Source of the DNA: a virus | Lineage: Duplodnaviria > Caudoviricetes | IMG/VR virus record: IMGVR_UViG_2894352420_000001 | Location: 1 to 64,000 of that record | Strand: one strand, 5' to 3' | Length of the DNA stretch: 64,000 nucleotides | Shown: piece by piece, positions 9,162-18,751 of the stretch | Layout of the letters: every line of letters starts with the position of its first letter | Position numbering within the stretch: position 1 is the stretch's first letter | Program-made: the position numbers and the translations under genes | Notes under the pieces: generated by a model | Databases searched by the model: none | What the model was told of the DNA's origin: nothing | Seen by the model: the letters and a program-made list of their open reading frames with translations, nothing else

Positions 9162-9257
9162 TCGCAAAACTTTGGTGTACGAGCCTGATATTTTGCGAAA
9201 GCAACGGAGAAGTCCGTAAGCCCATTAACAGCTCGTACCTGTTTTTGGGTTTTTTTT
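9162..9257 (+). promoter_or_regulatory. Kissing-loop leader / attenuator element B
   Basis: Stem 9162-9169/9191-9198 with loop GTACGAGC (9177-9184); hairpin ACGGA-gaag-TCCGT; terminator-like stem with apical GCTCGTAC (9231-9238) and a T8 tract (9250-9257). Confidence 0.7.
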
Positions 9258-9351
9258 GTCTTGACCGGTATATCGATGAACTGAATTTTGGTAAAAGAAG
9301 AGCTACTAATTGACGAAGGCTTGTGTTTAATAACTTTATTAATTTTACAAA

Positions 9352-10368
9352 ATGAATAAAGAATTACTTCTTCAAATGATAAGTGAAAAGTTGGTGACGG
9401 TTCAAAAACACCCGTCCGCTGATTTGTTTATCTATAATTATTCACCCACTGTTCAATATGAAAAACTGTGGAATGAAATCACTTTGCAAACTCGCGGATT
9501 GATTCTTGATTCCGAAATGAATTACGTTGCTCGCCCATTCTCAAAATTTTTCAATTACGAAGAGCATAAGCCAGAAGAAATTCCACTGGTCCCTTTTCAA
9601 GTCTTTGATAAACTTGACGGATCGCTAGGTATTCTTTATTGGATAGAAAATGAGCCCTACATCGCTACGAGAGGAAGCTTTACAAGTAAACAGGCTCTTC
9701 ATGCAACGAGCATATTGCATGGAAATTATTCACATTCTTTTTCTAAGCTTGAAAAGGATAAAACTTATCTTTTTGAGATAATCTACCCAGAAAATAGAAT
9801 TGTAGTCAATTACGGCAAGCTTGATGATATAATCCTATTGGCGATTATTGATAACGAAACCGGCCTTGATTTACCATTACCTGATCAATCATTCTTTAAG
9901 TGCGTAAATAGATATGATGGTTTGTCGGATCTTAATAAAATACGAGAAATTGATAATGCTGACGATGAAGGTTTTGTAATTCTTTTCTCCAATGGAATGC
10001 GCCTTAAGATGAAATTCAAGGAATATGTTCGGCTTCACCGTATTATAACTGGGGTGTCGAATATTGCCATTTGGGAGTATTTAGCCGAAGGCAAACCTTT
10101 TGATGAATTACTTGATCGCGTGCCTGATGAGTTTTATGATTGGGTTAAGAAAACAGAATCGGAACTAACTGGTAAATTCACTGAGATACTGAATCAATGC
10201 AATAGTGTTTTCATGGTAAAAGAATCCAGAAAAGAAACTGCTTTATACTTTCAAACTCAGAAATATCCACCGATTTTATTCCTTATGCTGGACGAAAAAA
10301 GTACTCACAAGGCAATTTGGAAACTCGTGCGCCCGGCTTATTCAAAACCATTCAAAAACGAAATCTAA
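9352..10368 (+). CDS. T4 Rnl1-family ATP-dependent RNA ligase
   Basis: Nucleotidyltransferase motifs KLDGS, FEIIYPENRIVVNY, EGFVILF, RLKMKFKEY. Confidence 0.9.
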   Translation: MNKELLLQMISEKLVTVQKHPSADLFIYNYSPTVQYEKLWNEITLQTRGLILDSEMNYVARPFSKFFNYEEHKPEEIPLVPFQVFDKLDGSLGILYWIENEPYIATRGSFTSKQALHATSILHGNYSHSFSKLEKDKTYLFEIIYPENRIVVNYGKLDDIILLAIIDNETGLDLPLPDQSFFKCVNRYDGLSDLNKIREIDNADDEGFVILFSNGMRLKMKFKEYVRLHRIITGVSNIAIWEYLAEGKPFDELLDRVPDEFYDWVKKTESELTGKFTEILNQCNSVFMVKESRKETALYFQTQKYPPILFLMLDEKSTHKAIWKLVRPAYSKPFKNEI

Positions 10369-11201
10369 TGAAAGTAATATTAACTAAATGGCTACCGGGA
10401 TCAGGTAAATCTACATGGGCAAAAAGTATAATCGATAAAAATCCCAACACCTATAAAAGAATAAATAAGGACGATCTCCGCTCAATGATGGATAATTCCA
10501 ACTGGTCCAAGGACTCAGAAAAATTCATTATAAAGGTGCGTGATACACTAATTCTCCTTGCACTTGAACAAGGAAAGCACGTTATAATAGATGACACTAA
10601 CCTCGCCCCTAAACATGAGGTACATATCCATGATCTTATCAGAGGCAAAGCAGAATTGGAAATTAAGGATTTCACAGACGTCTCAATTGATACCTGCATC
10701 AAATGGGATTTAAAAAGAGCCAACTCCGTAGGTGAAAAAGTAATCCGAAACATGCACAATCAGTTTTTAAAACCTGAAAATGAAATAATTGAGTTTATTG
10801 ATGGCCTTACATCTGCAATTATCTGCGATCTGGACGGAACACTAGCAAATTTGAACGGACGAAACCCGTACGACGCTTCAAAATGCGATAACGACCTTCT
10901 TAATCACGTTGTCGCTGGGATTATAAAAGGAAAAACTGTCATTTTCATGTCTGGACGTGAGGATAAATACAGAGCCCAGACTGAGTTTTTCCTGTCAAAA
11001 CATGGAATAGAATACGTGGGCCTATTTATGCGTGCAACTGGCGATTCCAGAAAGGATTCAATTGTCAAACGAGAACTTTTCGATGCAAACGTCCGTGGAA
11101 GATACAACATAGAATTCGTTCTGGACGACAGAAATCAAGTGGTAGAAACTTGGCGCCAAATGGGTTTAATATGTTTACAGGTTGCAGAAGGAGATTTTTG
11201 A
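10368..11201 (+). CDS. pseT: T4 Pnkp (PseT)-like polynucleotide kinase / 3' phosphatase
   Basis: P-loop (W)LPGSGKST, RINKDDLR, IIDDTN; HAD motifs DLDGT and VLDDR; TAATG coupling to the ligase gene. Confidence 0.88.
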   Translation: MKVILTKWLPGSGKSTWAKSIIDKNPNTYKRINKDDLRSMMDNSNWSKDSEKFIIKVRDTLILLALEQGKHVIIDDTNLAPKHEVHIHDLIRGKAELEIKDFTDVSIDTCIKWDLKRANSVGEKVIRNMHNQFLKPENEIIEFIDGLTSAIICDLDGTLANLNGRNPYDASKCDNDLLNHVVAGIIKGKTVIFMSGREDKYRAQTEFFLSKHGIEYVGLFMRATGDSRKDSIVKRELFDANVRGRYNIEFVLDDRNQVVETWRQMGLICLQVAEGDF

Positions 11202-11217
11202 TCTAATTAATAATAAA

Positions 11218-11409
11218 ATGTTTAAAGTATATCAATACTCGACCGGGAAGCTTATCCCGTCTTTCAACGGAAAATCATTTTCGTCGATTGAAGATGCGCA
11301 GCAAAATATAAAATGGTGGTTTGAAATGAGAAGGAATAATCAATCTGCTCAGTTTGTAATTGCTTCCAATGATAGGATAGTTAAACTTTTAACCGTAGCA
11401 GATCTATGA
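11218..11409 (+). CDS. Small hypothetical protein
   Basis: In-operon ORF with ATGA overlap to the next gene; start chosen within track ORF 11182..11409. Confidence 0.5.
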   Translation: MFKVYQYSTGKLIPSFNGKSFSSIEDAQQNIKWWFEMRRNNQSAQFVIASNDRIVKLLTVADL

Positions 11410-12020
11410 ACGCCGTCAATAATTTTCAACAAATAAGATCTTTGCTAAACTGGGAATCTGACGGTGATTATTACTACTGTCAATTGATCCTCCGGAAGAA
11501 GGATGGCGCGACTACTTTTGGGAATAAGAATAACAGCGCCAGACTGATAAAAACGTATTGCTTTTTCAACTTTGAACAGTTTGATCAAAAGCAGGATGAG
11601 ATAATTCAACTATGTGAAGAATTCAAATGTAGGGCTGGAATATCTTTGAATAAAAGGAATGAAGAGAGGATAACTTTGGAATTGTTAAAGCAAATAACAG
11701 AAAGAATAATATCCAAAAACCACATTGGCATTAATGGAATTCTAAATTCCGCAAACGGACAGCAGACTAGTAAAGACAGGTTTTGGCTTATAGATTGTGA
11801 TTCCCCAGAAGAAATGGCCATTGCGTCACAAATTTTGTCAGATGAATCTATCAAGCCTGATGGAAATAAAATCTTAACCACGATTCCTACCTATGACGGA
11901 TTCCATTTGGTGACTAATAAATTCGACGTTATGTATTTTAACAAGCTTTGCCAGGAAAAAGGCATATCCGTTGAGATTCATAAGAATAATCCGGTGGCGC
12001 TGTATTATCCAAGCAAATGA
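11406..12020 (+). CDS. AEP (primase-polymerase) superfamily-like protein
   Basis: FWLIDCD (hhhDhD, motif I) and TYDGFHLV (motif II) with typical spacing. Confidence 0.5.
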   Translation: MNAVNNFQQIRSLLNWESDGDYYYCQLILRKKDGATTFGNKNNSARLIKTYCFFNFEQFDQKQDEIIQLCEEFKCRAGISLNKRNEERITLELLKQITERIISKNHIGINGILNSANGQQTSKDRFWLIDCDSPEEMAIASQILSDESIKPDGNKILTTIPTYDGFHLVTNKFDVMYFNKLCQEKGISVEIHKNNPVALYYPSK

Positions 12021-12041
12021 CACTATTCATTAAAATTTAAG

Positions 12042-12074
12042 AAAAGGCGGTAGATTTAACTATCGCCTTTTTTT
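12042..12074 (+). terminator. Intrinsic terminator ending the RNA-repair operon
   Basis: AAAAGGCGGTAG-atttaa-CTATCGCCTTTT followed by a T run. Confidence 0.8.
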
Positions 12075-12190
12075 GTTTTGAATTGTTTTATAACCGTTTA
12101 ATAAATTTTATCAAAAATATTACAATACAACTTTGTAATATCACATTTTTTTATTTACTAGCGAGCTCACGTTTTAATTACCCTTCCAAT

Positions 12191-12751
12191 ATGACTAAAA
12201 AGTGTACTAAAATAAGCCTGGAATACGAACTATATCAATTACTTTTAAACAAAAAGAAGGCCATAACTGAACCTCAAATTATTCTTGAAGACAGGGAGGG
12301 TAATTGGAGTAGATATCGGACATCCATTGAACATGACTCAGATGATGAAATAATTTTTGAAGCGGATAAGAAAAAAAGAGAAGCAAAATATGGATTAAAA
12401 ATATTTATTAAATATTTTATAGATAGTCCAGCCTATTACTTTGATTCGGATGGTCCTTCACATTTTAACAATGACGGAAATACAAAGTTAGACCGAACTC
12501 AAATTAAGACGCCTCATATTAATTACTATGATTCCAACGGTGTTAATAGAGCTTTAAGAGACGACTTTATTGATAAAAATGAAGAAAATCTGCAAACAGA
12601 TATTAACTTTGGAATGAGTTTTTTCTGCAAATACATTAATACTAATCAAAATACCATTATTCCACAAATAATTCAAAGTAAGCAATTGGGAATGTTTCCC
12701 GATGAAGAAATTGATTTACATTCTGGAATTACGTTCGACAATGAAGACTGA
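12191..12751 (+). CDS. Hypothetical protein (DUF6978-like by context)
   Basis: AT-rich ORF with a DSDGPSHFN...TPHINYY motif, overlapping a DUF1828-like gene. Confidence 0.5.
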   Translation: MTKKCTKISLEYELYQLLLNKKKAITEPQIILEDREGNWSRYRTSIEHDSDDEIIFEADKKKREAKYGLKIFIKYFIDSPAYYFDSDGPSHFNNDGNTKLDRTQIKTPHINYYDSNGVNRALRDDFIDKNEENLQTDINFGMSFFCKYINTNQNTIIPQIIQSKQLGMFPDEEIDLHSGITFDNED

Positions 12752-13586
12752 TCTAACCGGAATTTTCAGGAATGTAAAATCTCAATTTTGCAATCTGATT
12801 GACTATAAAATTCGAGGTAATACTATCGAAATAATAACAGCTGTAACAACATTGTCTAATCACTATGTTTCCGTATTTATTAGTAAAGAGGGGGAAAAAT
12901 TTGTGATTTCAGATGGTGGATGGGTTGATAGAGATTATTATAATGATATTCATGTTCCGGGGGAAGAAGATATTAATGTGCGAGTAGAAGATCAAATTAG
13001 ATTACACTACGGCATTAAAATAGCTACCCATAAAGACGGAACTGTCTACAATTACAAATCCACGGACGACGAAGACCTAATTGCTTTAATGGTGTTTGAG
13101 GTTAGTAATTTCATAAGTCTTCTTTCGAACAACCAGTCAATATCTTATTTAGAAGAAAAATCAATTGCTGAAAGAAAGAAATTCTCTACAGAGGTTAACG
13201 GTTTTCTTAAGCAAGCATTTGGAGGAGACTTGGAGCTCAATGACTCATTGTCGGTTGATAATGAAGAGTTGAATAATGTTAAGTTTAATGCGATTATACG
13301 AAAACCATCCCAAACTTATCTGGTAATGTATGTCACTGGCTACCATACCAGAAATTTTATTGGTAGCGCAAGTGAGGCGATTGTTAACTTCCAATTATCC
13401 AATAAATATACATCTGCAAAGAATTTTAGTAAGACAGCGATAATAAACAACCAGGCTAATGGCTTTAATCCCTATAAAGTAAACGACTATCTTCAAGAGT
13501 TAACTAATATTACAAACCATAAGTTAATTGAGTTTTATGATGATCGTGATTCTATTTTTAAACTGATACCGCAGAGAGCGTATTAG
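12741..13586 (+). CDS. DUF1828/DUF1829-like protein
   Basis: N-terminal IEIITAVTTLSNHYVSVFISKEGEKFVISDGGW resembles DUF1828; C-terminal alpha/beta domain. Confidence 0.55.
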   Translation: MKTDLTGIFRNVKSQFCNLIDYKIRGNTIEIITAVTTLSNHYVSVFISKEGEKFVISDGGWVDRDYYNDIHVPGEEDINVRVEDQIRLHYGIKIATHKDGTVYNYKSTDDEDLIALMVFEVSNFISLLSNNQSISYLEEKSIAERKKFSTEVNGFLKQAFGGDLELNDSLSVDNEELNNVKFNAIIRKPSQTYLVMYVTGYHTRNFIGSASEAIVNFQLSNKYTSAKNFSKTAIINNQANGFNPYKVNDYLQELTNITNHKLIEFYDDRDSIFKLIPQRAY

Positions 13587-13620
13587 TTAAATGCTTATTA
13601 TACTAATATCAGATTGAAAA

Positions 13621-13660
13621 ATTATTGCCCCGCTACCTTCTAAGTAGTAGGGCAATAAAA
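13621..13660. terminator. Probable bidirectional terminator between convergent genes
   Basis: TTATTGCCC...GGGCAATAA stem with AT-rich flanks. Confidence 0.65.
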
Positions 13661-13680
13661 TAATTTCAATATCTATTTTA

Positions 13681-16600
13681 TCAGCCCCCAAACTCCCGAT
13701 TAAAATTAGAATCTAATAGATTTAGCTTGTCGAGTTTTTTACTAATATCAACCAGTAAAACATTGTAGCTGGTATTATGAGCAATTGCTGTTAATTGAAA
13801 AAGCGAGTTGCGGAGAATTGTATTTGAATCTGCCTGGGTGATTCTAATGGCATTTATGGATCCGGCTAAAACGGAAGCAGTTTCCTGTGATACCCCTTGA
13901 ATTGATCCTTGTAATGGATCGGCTGATGATCCAGAAGATACACCGAATACATTTTTTAGCCCATATTTTTCCATTTCCTGGTTAATTAACTCTAAGCCTT
14001 CAGTGTAATCCTTTACACCTTGCTTAACATCCCCATTTGCGAAGAACTCACCAAGGTCATCAACAATTGTACCATCTCCACCAACTCCATATGAAGCCAC
14101 CATACTTTTCTCTAAATCTTTGAATTTTTGAGAGAAAATAGAAGTAAATAAAAGTTTTGATGCCATATCGGCAATTACATCACCAACCGCCTTCCCGAAT
14201 GCCAGTGCAGCGTCCGTTCCGTCGCGGAAGGATCCAACCAAAGCATCTCTAATACTGTCGCCTAACATTCCAGTCAACTCAGAAAGTCCTTCTAGTATTT
14301 GAGTTTTTGATTTATCTAGCTCATCACTGTAAGAAATTGTAGTTTCAAGCAATTCTTTTGTTTTATCATCAACCTGACCTGTTGCGATAAGAGACTTTGC
14401 CATAGCAACATTTAAGCTCTCCCATCCATCCACACCTTTTAATATAAGATCAGGATATTGTTCAAGTAGATTACCAAAAATATCTTTCTTTTTCTTAGCA
14501 AAAAGCCCACTAATCGCCCCTACTGCACCGCCAATCACCGCTCCGACCGCTGCTGTTGCAACGCTAAATAAACCAACACCAACAATACCTCCAATGACAG
14601 CACCTGCTGCGGCACCTGCTCCGGCTAACTGCCCAACAGACTTACCATCAACAACATTTTTTTGTCTTACTTTTGCTTGTCCATCATTTAGCCTGTCAAT
14701 TGCTTCCTGATATTTTTTTTGAGCATCTTGATATTGAGCTACCCCGGCTTTAATTTTAGCCTCTATATCATTATTGAAAATACTATCTTTCCCTGCATAT
14801 GATTGACCAATTTGCTGATTAAGTGCCAGTTGGTAATCATTTTCAAAACTAATACGTGCAAGAGCAAATGCCTTTTCCTCTTCATGACGCTTTTTTGAGG
14901 CAGATACCAAAGCGCCGACAATTGTTATAACACCCTGAATTGCCGCAGCATACTGGTTCATGCTGGTAGTGCCATCCTTATTCGTGGCGAATGCCTGCTT
15001 TATGTTTCCGTACTGCCCCGCTAATCCGGATAAAGCAGAACCAACGGAACCAATTCCGCCACCCATCTCCTGTAATACTTCGCTTAATTGCCCGATAGCA
15101 CCGGCAATCATATCCCATCTTTTTATACTTTTGGCTTTGTAATTTTCTTCAATATTTTGAAGAGTTTCCAGGTGCTGACGGTATTCTTCGGATTCTTTAT
15201 CCAGATTTTTAGTGAATTCGTCAAAATCTTTTCTTGCCTGAATAACTTTATCTCTGCTTATTTCATCATTTGAAAGCTTGGCTATTTTAGCAAATTCCTT
15301 GAATTCCTTAGATTTTTCAGCGACAAGAACATCCTGATCTTTATTAGCTTTTATTTCATCCTCATTGATCTGATTTAAAGCCTTGATGTAAGCTGCGCCT
15401 TTTTCTTTCCCGTAACGTTTTTCAAGTTCAATCCGCAGATCTTTAAACCGGTTTTCGATTTCAAGACGCTTTTGCTCGGATCCGGCAACTTCTAAAAGAT
15501 ATTGTCGAAAATTGTCTTTTCTTTGTGCTGATGCTTCATTGAGTTGCTGCTGTGTGTTTTTACGCTTCAACACAGAATCAGGCGACATATCAGTTGTGCC
15601 TAACTCGGACTGAACAGCTTTCAGCCTTTCAATTTCATCTGTCAAAGAAGTCGCAGACGTCCTGATATCATCTAGCCTTTTCTGAAACTTTTCCAGCGGG
15701 GTTTCTGCACCGGTAACATCCGAATACTCAACCTTTAATTTCACTAACTTTTCCTGCTCCTGTCCGGTCAACGAATCAGGATGAAAAGATTCAAATTCGT
15801 TTATTTGTTGCTTCAAATATTCGGCATAAGATTTACCTTGCGAGATCAGTCCGTCGAATTGCTCATTAGCCGCTTTCGCTCCAAGATTATCAACCCAAAG
15901 CTGATACTGGACATAAATCTTCTTCTTTTCTTCTAATTCTTCATCGAATGAGATGACTGCCAATTTTTTTCGGGCGTTAGCCGCATTCTTTTCAGCATCG
16001 GCAAGTATTGCCTGTTGTTTAGCAATTTGGCCTGTGTTGCTAACCGGTGTCTTTTCAAGTATTTCTTTTGATTTGGAAACTATGTAATCCCAATACGCAG
16101 CAGATCCATAGGGGCCCGATTTATCTGCCTCTTTTGCAGCCGCTTTACTTTCCTTGGAAATAGCTCCGGTAATCCTCGCTTTTTGCTTTTCAAGGTTATC
16201 AATATCCGCTTGAAGTTTCTTAAACTCTGTACTCGAAGATGCTGTTTGTTGAGCATCTTTTTTTGCTTTTATTTCTTCATCATAAGAAGCTACTGTTTTC
16301 TTGATAACCTTTTGTGTATTATCCGAAGACTTTAAACTAGCAGCGTCGGCGGACTGCAAAGCAGTTACACGTTCCAGGATTTTCTTTTGAAGTTCGCCTT
16401 CGCTTTGAACAATCTGTTTATTCGCTGCTATTGTATTCTGAGCCTGAATCTTAGCGAAATCAACTCCTGAAATAGCAGATCCAACCGCATTCCCGGCCGT
16501 CGCTGCCGCGCCAAGTATAGTTGATACAATTCCTGTATCCTTCTTGCCATTTTTAGCATCAAGTTGTCTTTGGATACTTTGATCAAGCTCGTTTTTAAGC

Positions 16601-17964
16601 GTATCTGTTTCAATTTGACGTTTCCTGGCTTCGATATATCCATTAATTACCTTCGTGCCCTCAGAGGTAGCAATATTTTCGAGCGTCAGCCCATTTAAGA
16701 GCTGTGGATGAATGGATATTAATTCTTTGAGCTTATTATTTCTGTCTTCACGGGAAGCATTTTCATTTTTTATCTGAGCAGTTAATACTTGAATCTTTGC
16801 ATTTTCTCCGGACAATGATTGCGATACAACATTATTCACATCAGCTATTCGTTGCTGTGCTTTTTCTGCTTGTGTGGTAGTATCGCGGAATAAAGCAACA
16901 GCAGTAATCAGTCCGACAAGTGCGGCTCCTGCTACAACGTAAGGATTTAAACCGGTAACTAAGTTGAATAATGCCTGAGCATCAGCAGCAGACTTAATTG
17001 TTCCGGCCAATTCAAAGAATAACTTAACAGGCCCAACGCTGGCAGCTATGGCTTGAACTGCGGCGGTCGCGACAATAGCAGCTTTATATGCTCCGTAGGT
17101 TGCAACAAGAACTTTCAGTACATCAAGTATTGGTTCGTAATTCTGAACAAGTGTAGTTGCGAATCCAATACCTGAAGCAAGAAGCCCTTCTTGACTTTTA
17201 CCAATATTATTAAATGCCTGCTCAACGGAATCCTCAAAGTTGGAATAGAGCCCGGTAAGGGATTTGCTTTGCTTCTCCATTAGGCCGGAGAACATACCAC
17301 CTGACTGGGTAAGCGTATTTATTGCTTTCTCAACTTCCGGGAATCCAACTTTTCCAGCTTCGACTAAATTTTTCACTTCAGATTCCGCAACTCCAAATTG
17401 ATCAGACAAGAGCCTGATTAGAGGAATCCCTCGACCTACGAACTGATTTAAATCGGCAGAGAATAACCTGCCTTGTGTTCGGGTTGTACCATATAGATAA
17501 GTAAGATCATTTAAAGGAATAGAAAGTCCCGATGCGATATCACCAAGTTTTGTCATAGTCTTGGTAACATCTTCACTTGCCACACCATAAGCAAGAAGCT
17601 GCTTGGCTCCGGTTGCAACCTCTTTTAAATTAAATGGCGTTGTAGCAGCAAGCTTAACGACGTCTGCAAATAAGGCGTCCGACTTGGTTTTATTTCCAAG
17701 CATCGTCTCAAATGCAATTTCAAGCTGCTGAAATTCTCCCCGGACCTGTATTAATTTCTGAGGAAGTGTAGCAAGCTGAGTAAATGCAAATGCACCACCT
17801 GCAAGTGTCGCAAGTTTACCAAACGCATCATTGACTTTTGTTGACTCGGTCGCCGCAGTATTAGTAAGCGCACGAATACGATTTGACATATCTTCAATGG
17901 CCGCATTGAATTGAGAATTCAATATTGTAGCCTCAAAAGAAAGGGCACCGTTGTTATTATTCAT
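13681..17964 (-). CDS. Tail tape measure protein
   Basis: 1427 aa; TPF...AKQLLAYG tape-measure motif; long helical and Gly/Ala-rich segments; follows the tail chaperone gene. Confidence 0.92.
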   Translation of the reverse strand: MNNNNGALSFEATILNSQFNAAIEDMSNRIRALTNTAATESTKVNDAFGKLATLAGGAFAFTQLATLPQKLIQVRGEFQQLEIAFETMLGNKTKSDALFADVVKLAATTPFNLKEVATGAKQLLAYGVASEDVTKTMTKLGDIASGLSIPLNDLTYLYGTTRTQGRLFSADLNQFVGRGIPLIRLLSDQFGVAESEVKNLVEAGKVGFPEVEKAINTLTQSGGMFSGLMEKQSKSLTGLYSNFEDSVEQAFNNIGKSQEGLLASGIGFATTLVQNYEPILDVLKVLVATYGAYKAAIVATAAVQAIAASVGPVKLFFELAGTIKSAADAQALFNLVTGLNPYVVAGAALVGLITAVALFRDTTTQAEKAQQRIADVNNVVSQSLSGENAKIQVLTAQIKNENASREDRNNKLKELISIHPQLLNGLTLENIATSEGTKVINGYIEARKRQIETDTLKNELDQSIQRQLDAKNGKKDTGIVSTILGAAATAGNAVGSAISGVDFAKIQAQNTIAANKQIVQSEGELQKKILERVTALQSADAASLKSSDNTQKVIKKTVASYDEEIKAKKDAQQTASSSTEFKKLQADIDNLEKQKARITGAISKESKAAAKEADKSGPYGSAAYWDYIVSKSKEILEKTPVSNTGQIAKQQAILADAEKNAANARKKLAVISFDEELEEKKKIYVQYQLWVDNLGAKAANEQFDGLISQGKSYAEYLKQQINEFESFHPDSLTGQEQEKLVKLKVEYSDVTGAETPLEKFQKRLDDIRTSATSLTDEIERLKAVQSELGTTDMSPDSVLKRKNTQQQLNEASAQRKDNFRQYLLEVAGSEQKRLEIENRFKDLRIELEKRYGKEKGAAYIKALNQINEDEIKANKDQDVLVAEKSKEFKEFAKIAKLSNDEISRDKVIQARKDFDEFTKNLDKESEEYRQHLETLQNIEENYKAKSIKRWDMIAGAIGQLSEVLQEMGGGIGSVGSALSGLAGQYGNIKQAFATNKDGTTSMNQYAAAIQGVITIVGALVSASKKRHEEEKAFALARISFENDYQLALNQQIGQSYAGKDSIFNNDIEAKIKAGVAQYQDAQKKYQEAIDRLNDGQAKVRQKNVVDGKSVGQLAGAGAAAGAVIGGIVGVGLFSVATAAVGAVIGGAVGAISGLFAKKKKDIFGNLLEQYPDLILKGVDGWESLNVAMAKSLIATGQVDDKTKELLETTISYSDELDKSKTQILEGLSELTGMLGDSIRDALVGSFRDGTDAALAFGKAVGDVIADMASKLLFTSIFSQKFKDLEKSMVASYGVGGDGTIVDDLGEFFANGDVKQGVKDYTEGLELINQEMEKYGLKNVFGVSSGSSADPLQGSIQGVSQETASVLAGSINAIRITQADSNTILRNSLFQLTAIAHNTSYNVLLVDISKKLDKLNLLDSNFNREFGG

Positions 17965-18269
17965 TACCTGGGGAGATTATTTTGGTAATTCATCAAAGAG
18001 TTAATTAGCCCATCATGAGAAACAGTCTTATCGGATTTTGAATTAGTGTCTTTATCACTTCCTGACTCGTATGAAGGCTGATCAATGAGCATGCGCATGA
18101 CAATGGCATATGGAATTTTCCAAAGAATATAATCCAGGGGCCATCCGAAATGTGCGCATATAGAACCGCGTGATCCATGAAGACTTTTTAGTCCTCGCTG
18201 TTTGTCTCTATCAGCTGCGGTTTTGTGGTCCTTGCTGTCCTGAGGTATCTGATAGAGTTGGTAAAATCC
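17964..18269 (-). CDS. Frameshifted extension (gpT-like) of the tail assembly chaperone
   Basis: The -1 frame opens just upstream of G GAT TTT (18269-18263) and stays open to a TAA overlapping the tape measure ATG; encodes ...GSICAHFGWPLDYILWKIPY... Confidence 0.7.
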   Translation of the reverse strand, partial: GFYQLYQIPQDSKDHKTAADRDKQRGLKSLHGSRGSICAHFGWPLDYILWKIPYAIVMRMLIDQPSYESGSDKDTNSKSDKTVSHDGLINSLMNYQNNLPR

Positions 18270-18685
18270 CCGTAATTAGCCATCGTATTGATGATGGTCG
18301 TTAACTGGAGTAACTGCTTCGGCGTGATTCTCATAAAGAAATAACCAGCAAGAAAATTTACCAGGAATGGATAAAATGGACTGTTATTTAGCCAGGCAAT
18401 GGCAACGATCTTTGCGCATCGATATGCGTGTGCTTTGGTTAAATTCTTTACTTCATGAAGCGGATTTATATTAATCAATTCTTCATCAAGATCAAGATTG
18501 ATATACTCGCCACTGAGCCTGTCCATGACACCTAATGGAAAACTCGTAATGGTGAAAGATCTTGTTTTACTTTTACTAAACCAGCCCGTAAATCTTTTGG
18601 TCACAGTAAAGAACATACCATTGTTATTGATGATATCGAGTTCTTTTTTTTCCGCCAATAGCGGATCGAATTCTGTTTCTTCCAT
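18188..18685 (-). CDS. Tail assembly chaperone (gpG-like)
   Basis: Position between major tail and tape measure genes; slippery site near its 3' end. Confidence 0.75.
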   Translation of the reverse strand: MEETEFDPLLAEKKELDIINNNGMFFTVTKRFTGWFSKSKTRSFTITSFPLGVMDRLSGEYINLDLDEELININPLHEVKNLTKAHAYRCAKIVAIAWLNNSPFYPFLVNFLAGYFFMRITPKQLLQLTTIINTMANYGDFTNSIRYLRTARTTKPQLIETNSED

Positions 18686-18696
18686 AGTGTGTATTC

Positions 18697-18727
18697 AAAA
18701 AAAGCCTCGGCTAAGAGGCTTTTTTTT
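18697..18727. terminator. Bidirectional intrinsic terminator after the major tail gene
   Basis: AAAAAAAGCCTC-ggctaa-GAGGCTTTTTTT. Confidence 0.75.
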
Positions 18728-18751
18728 ATAATTTTAAGTGTGTTTTTTTGA

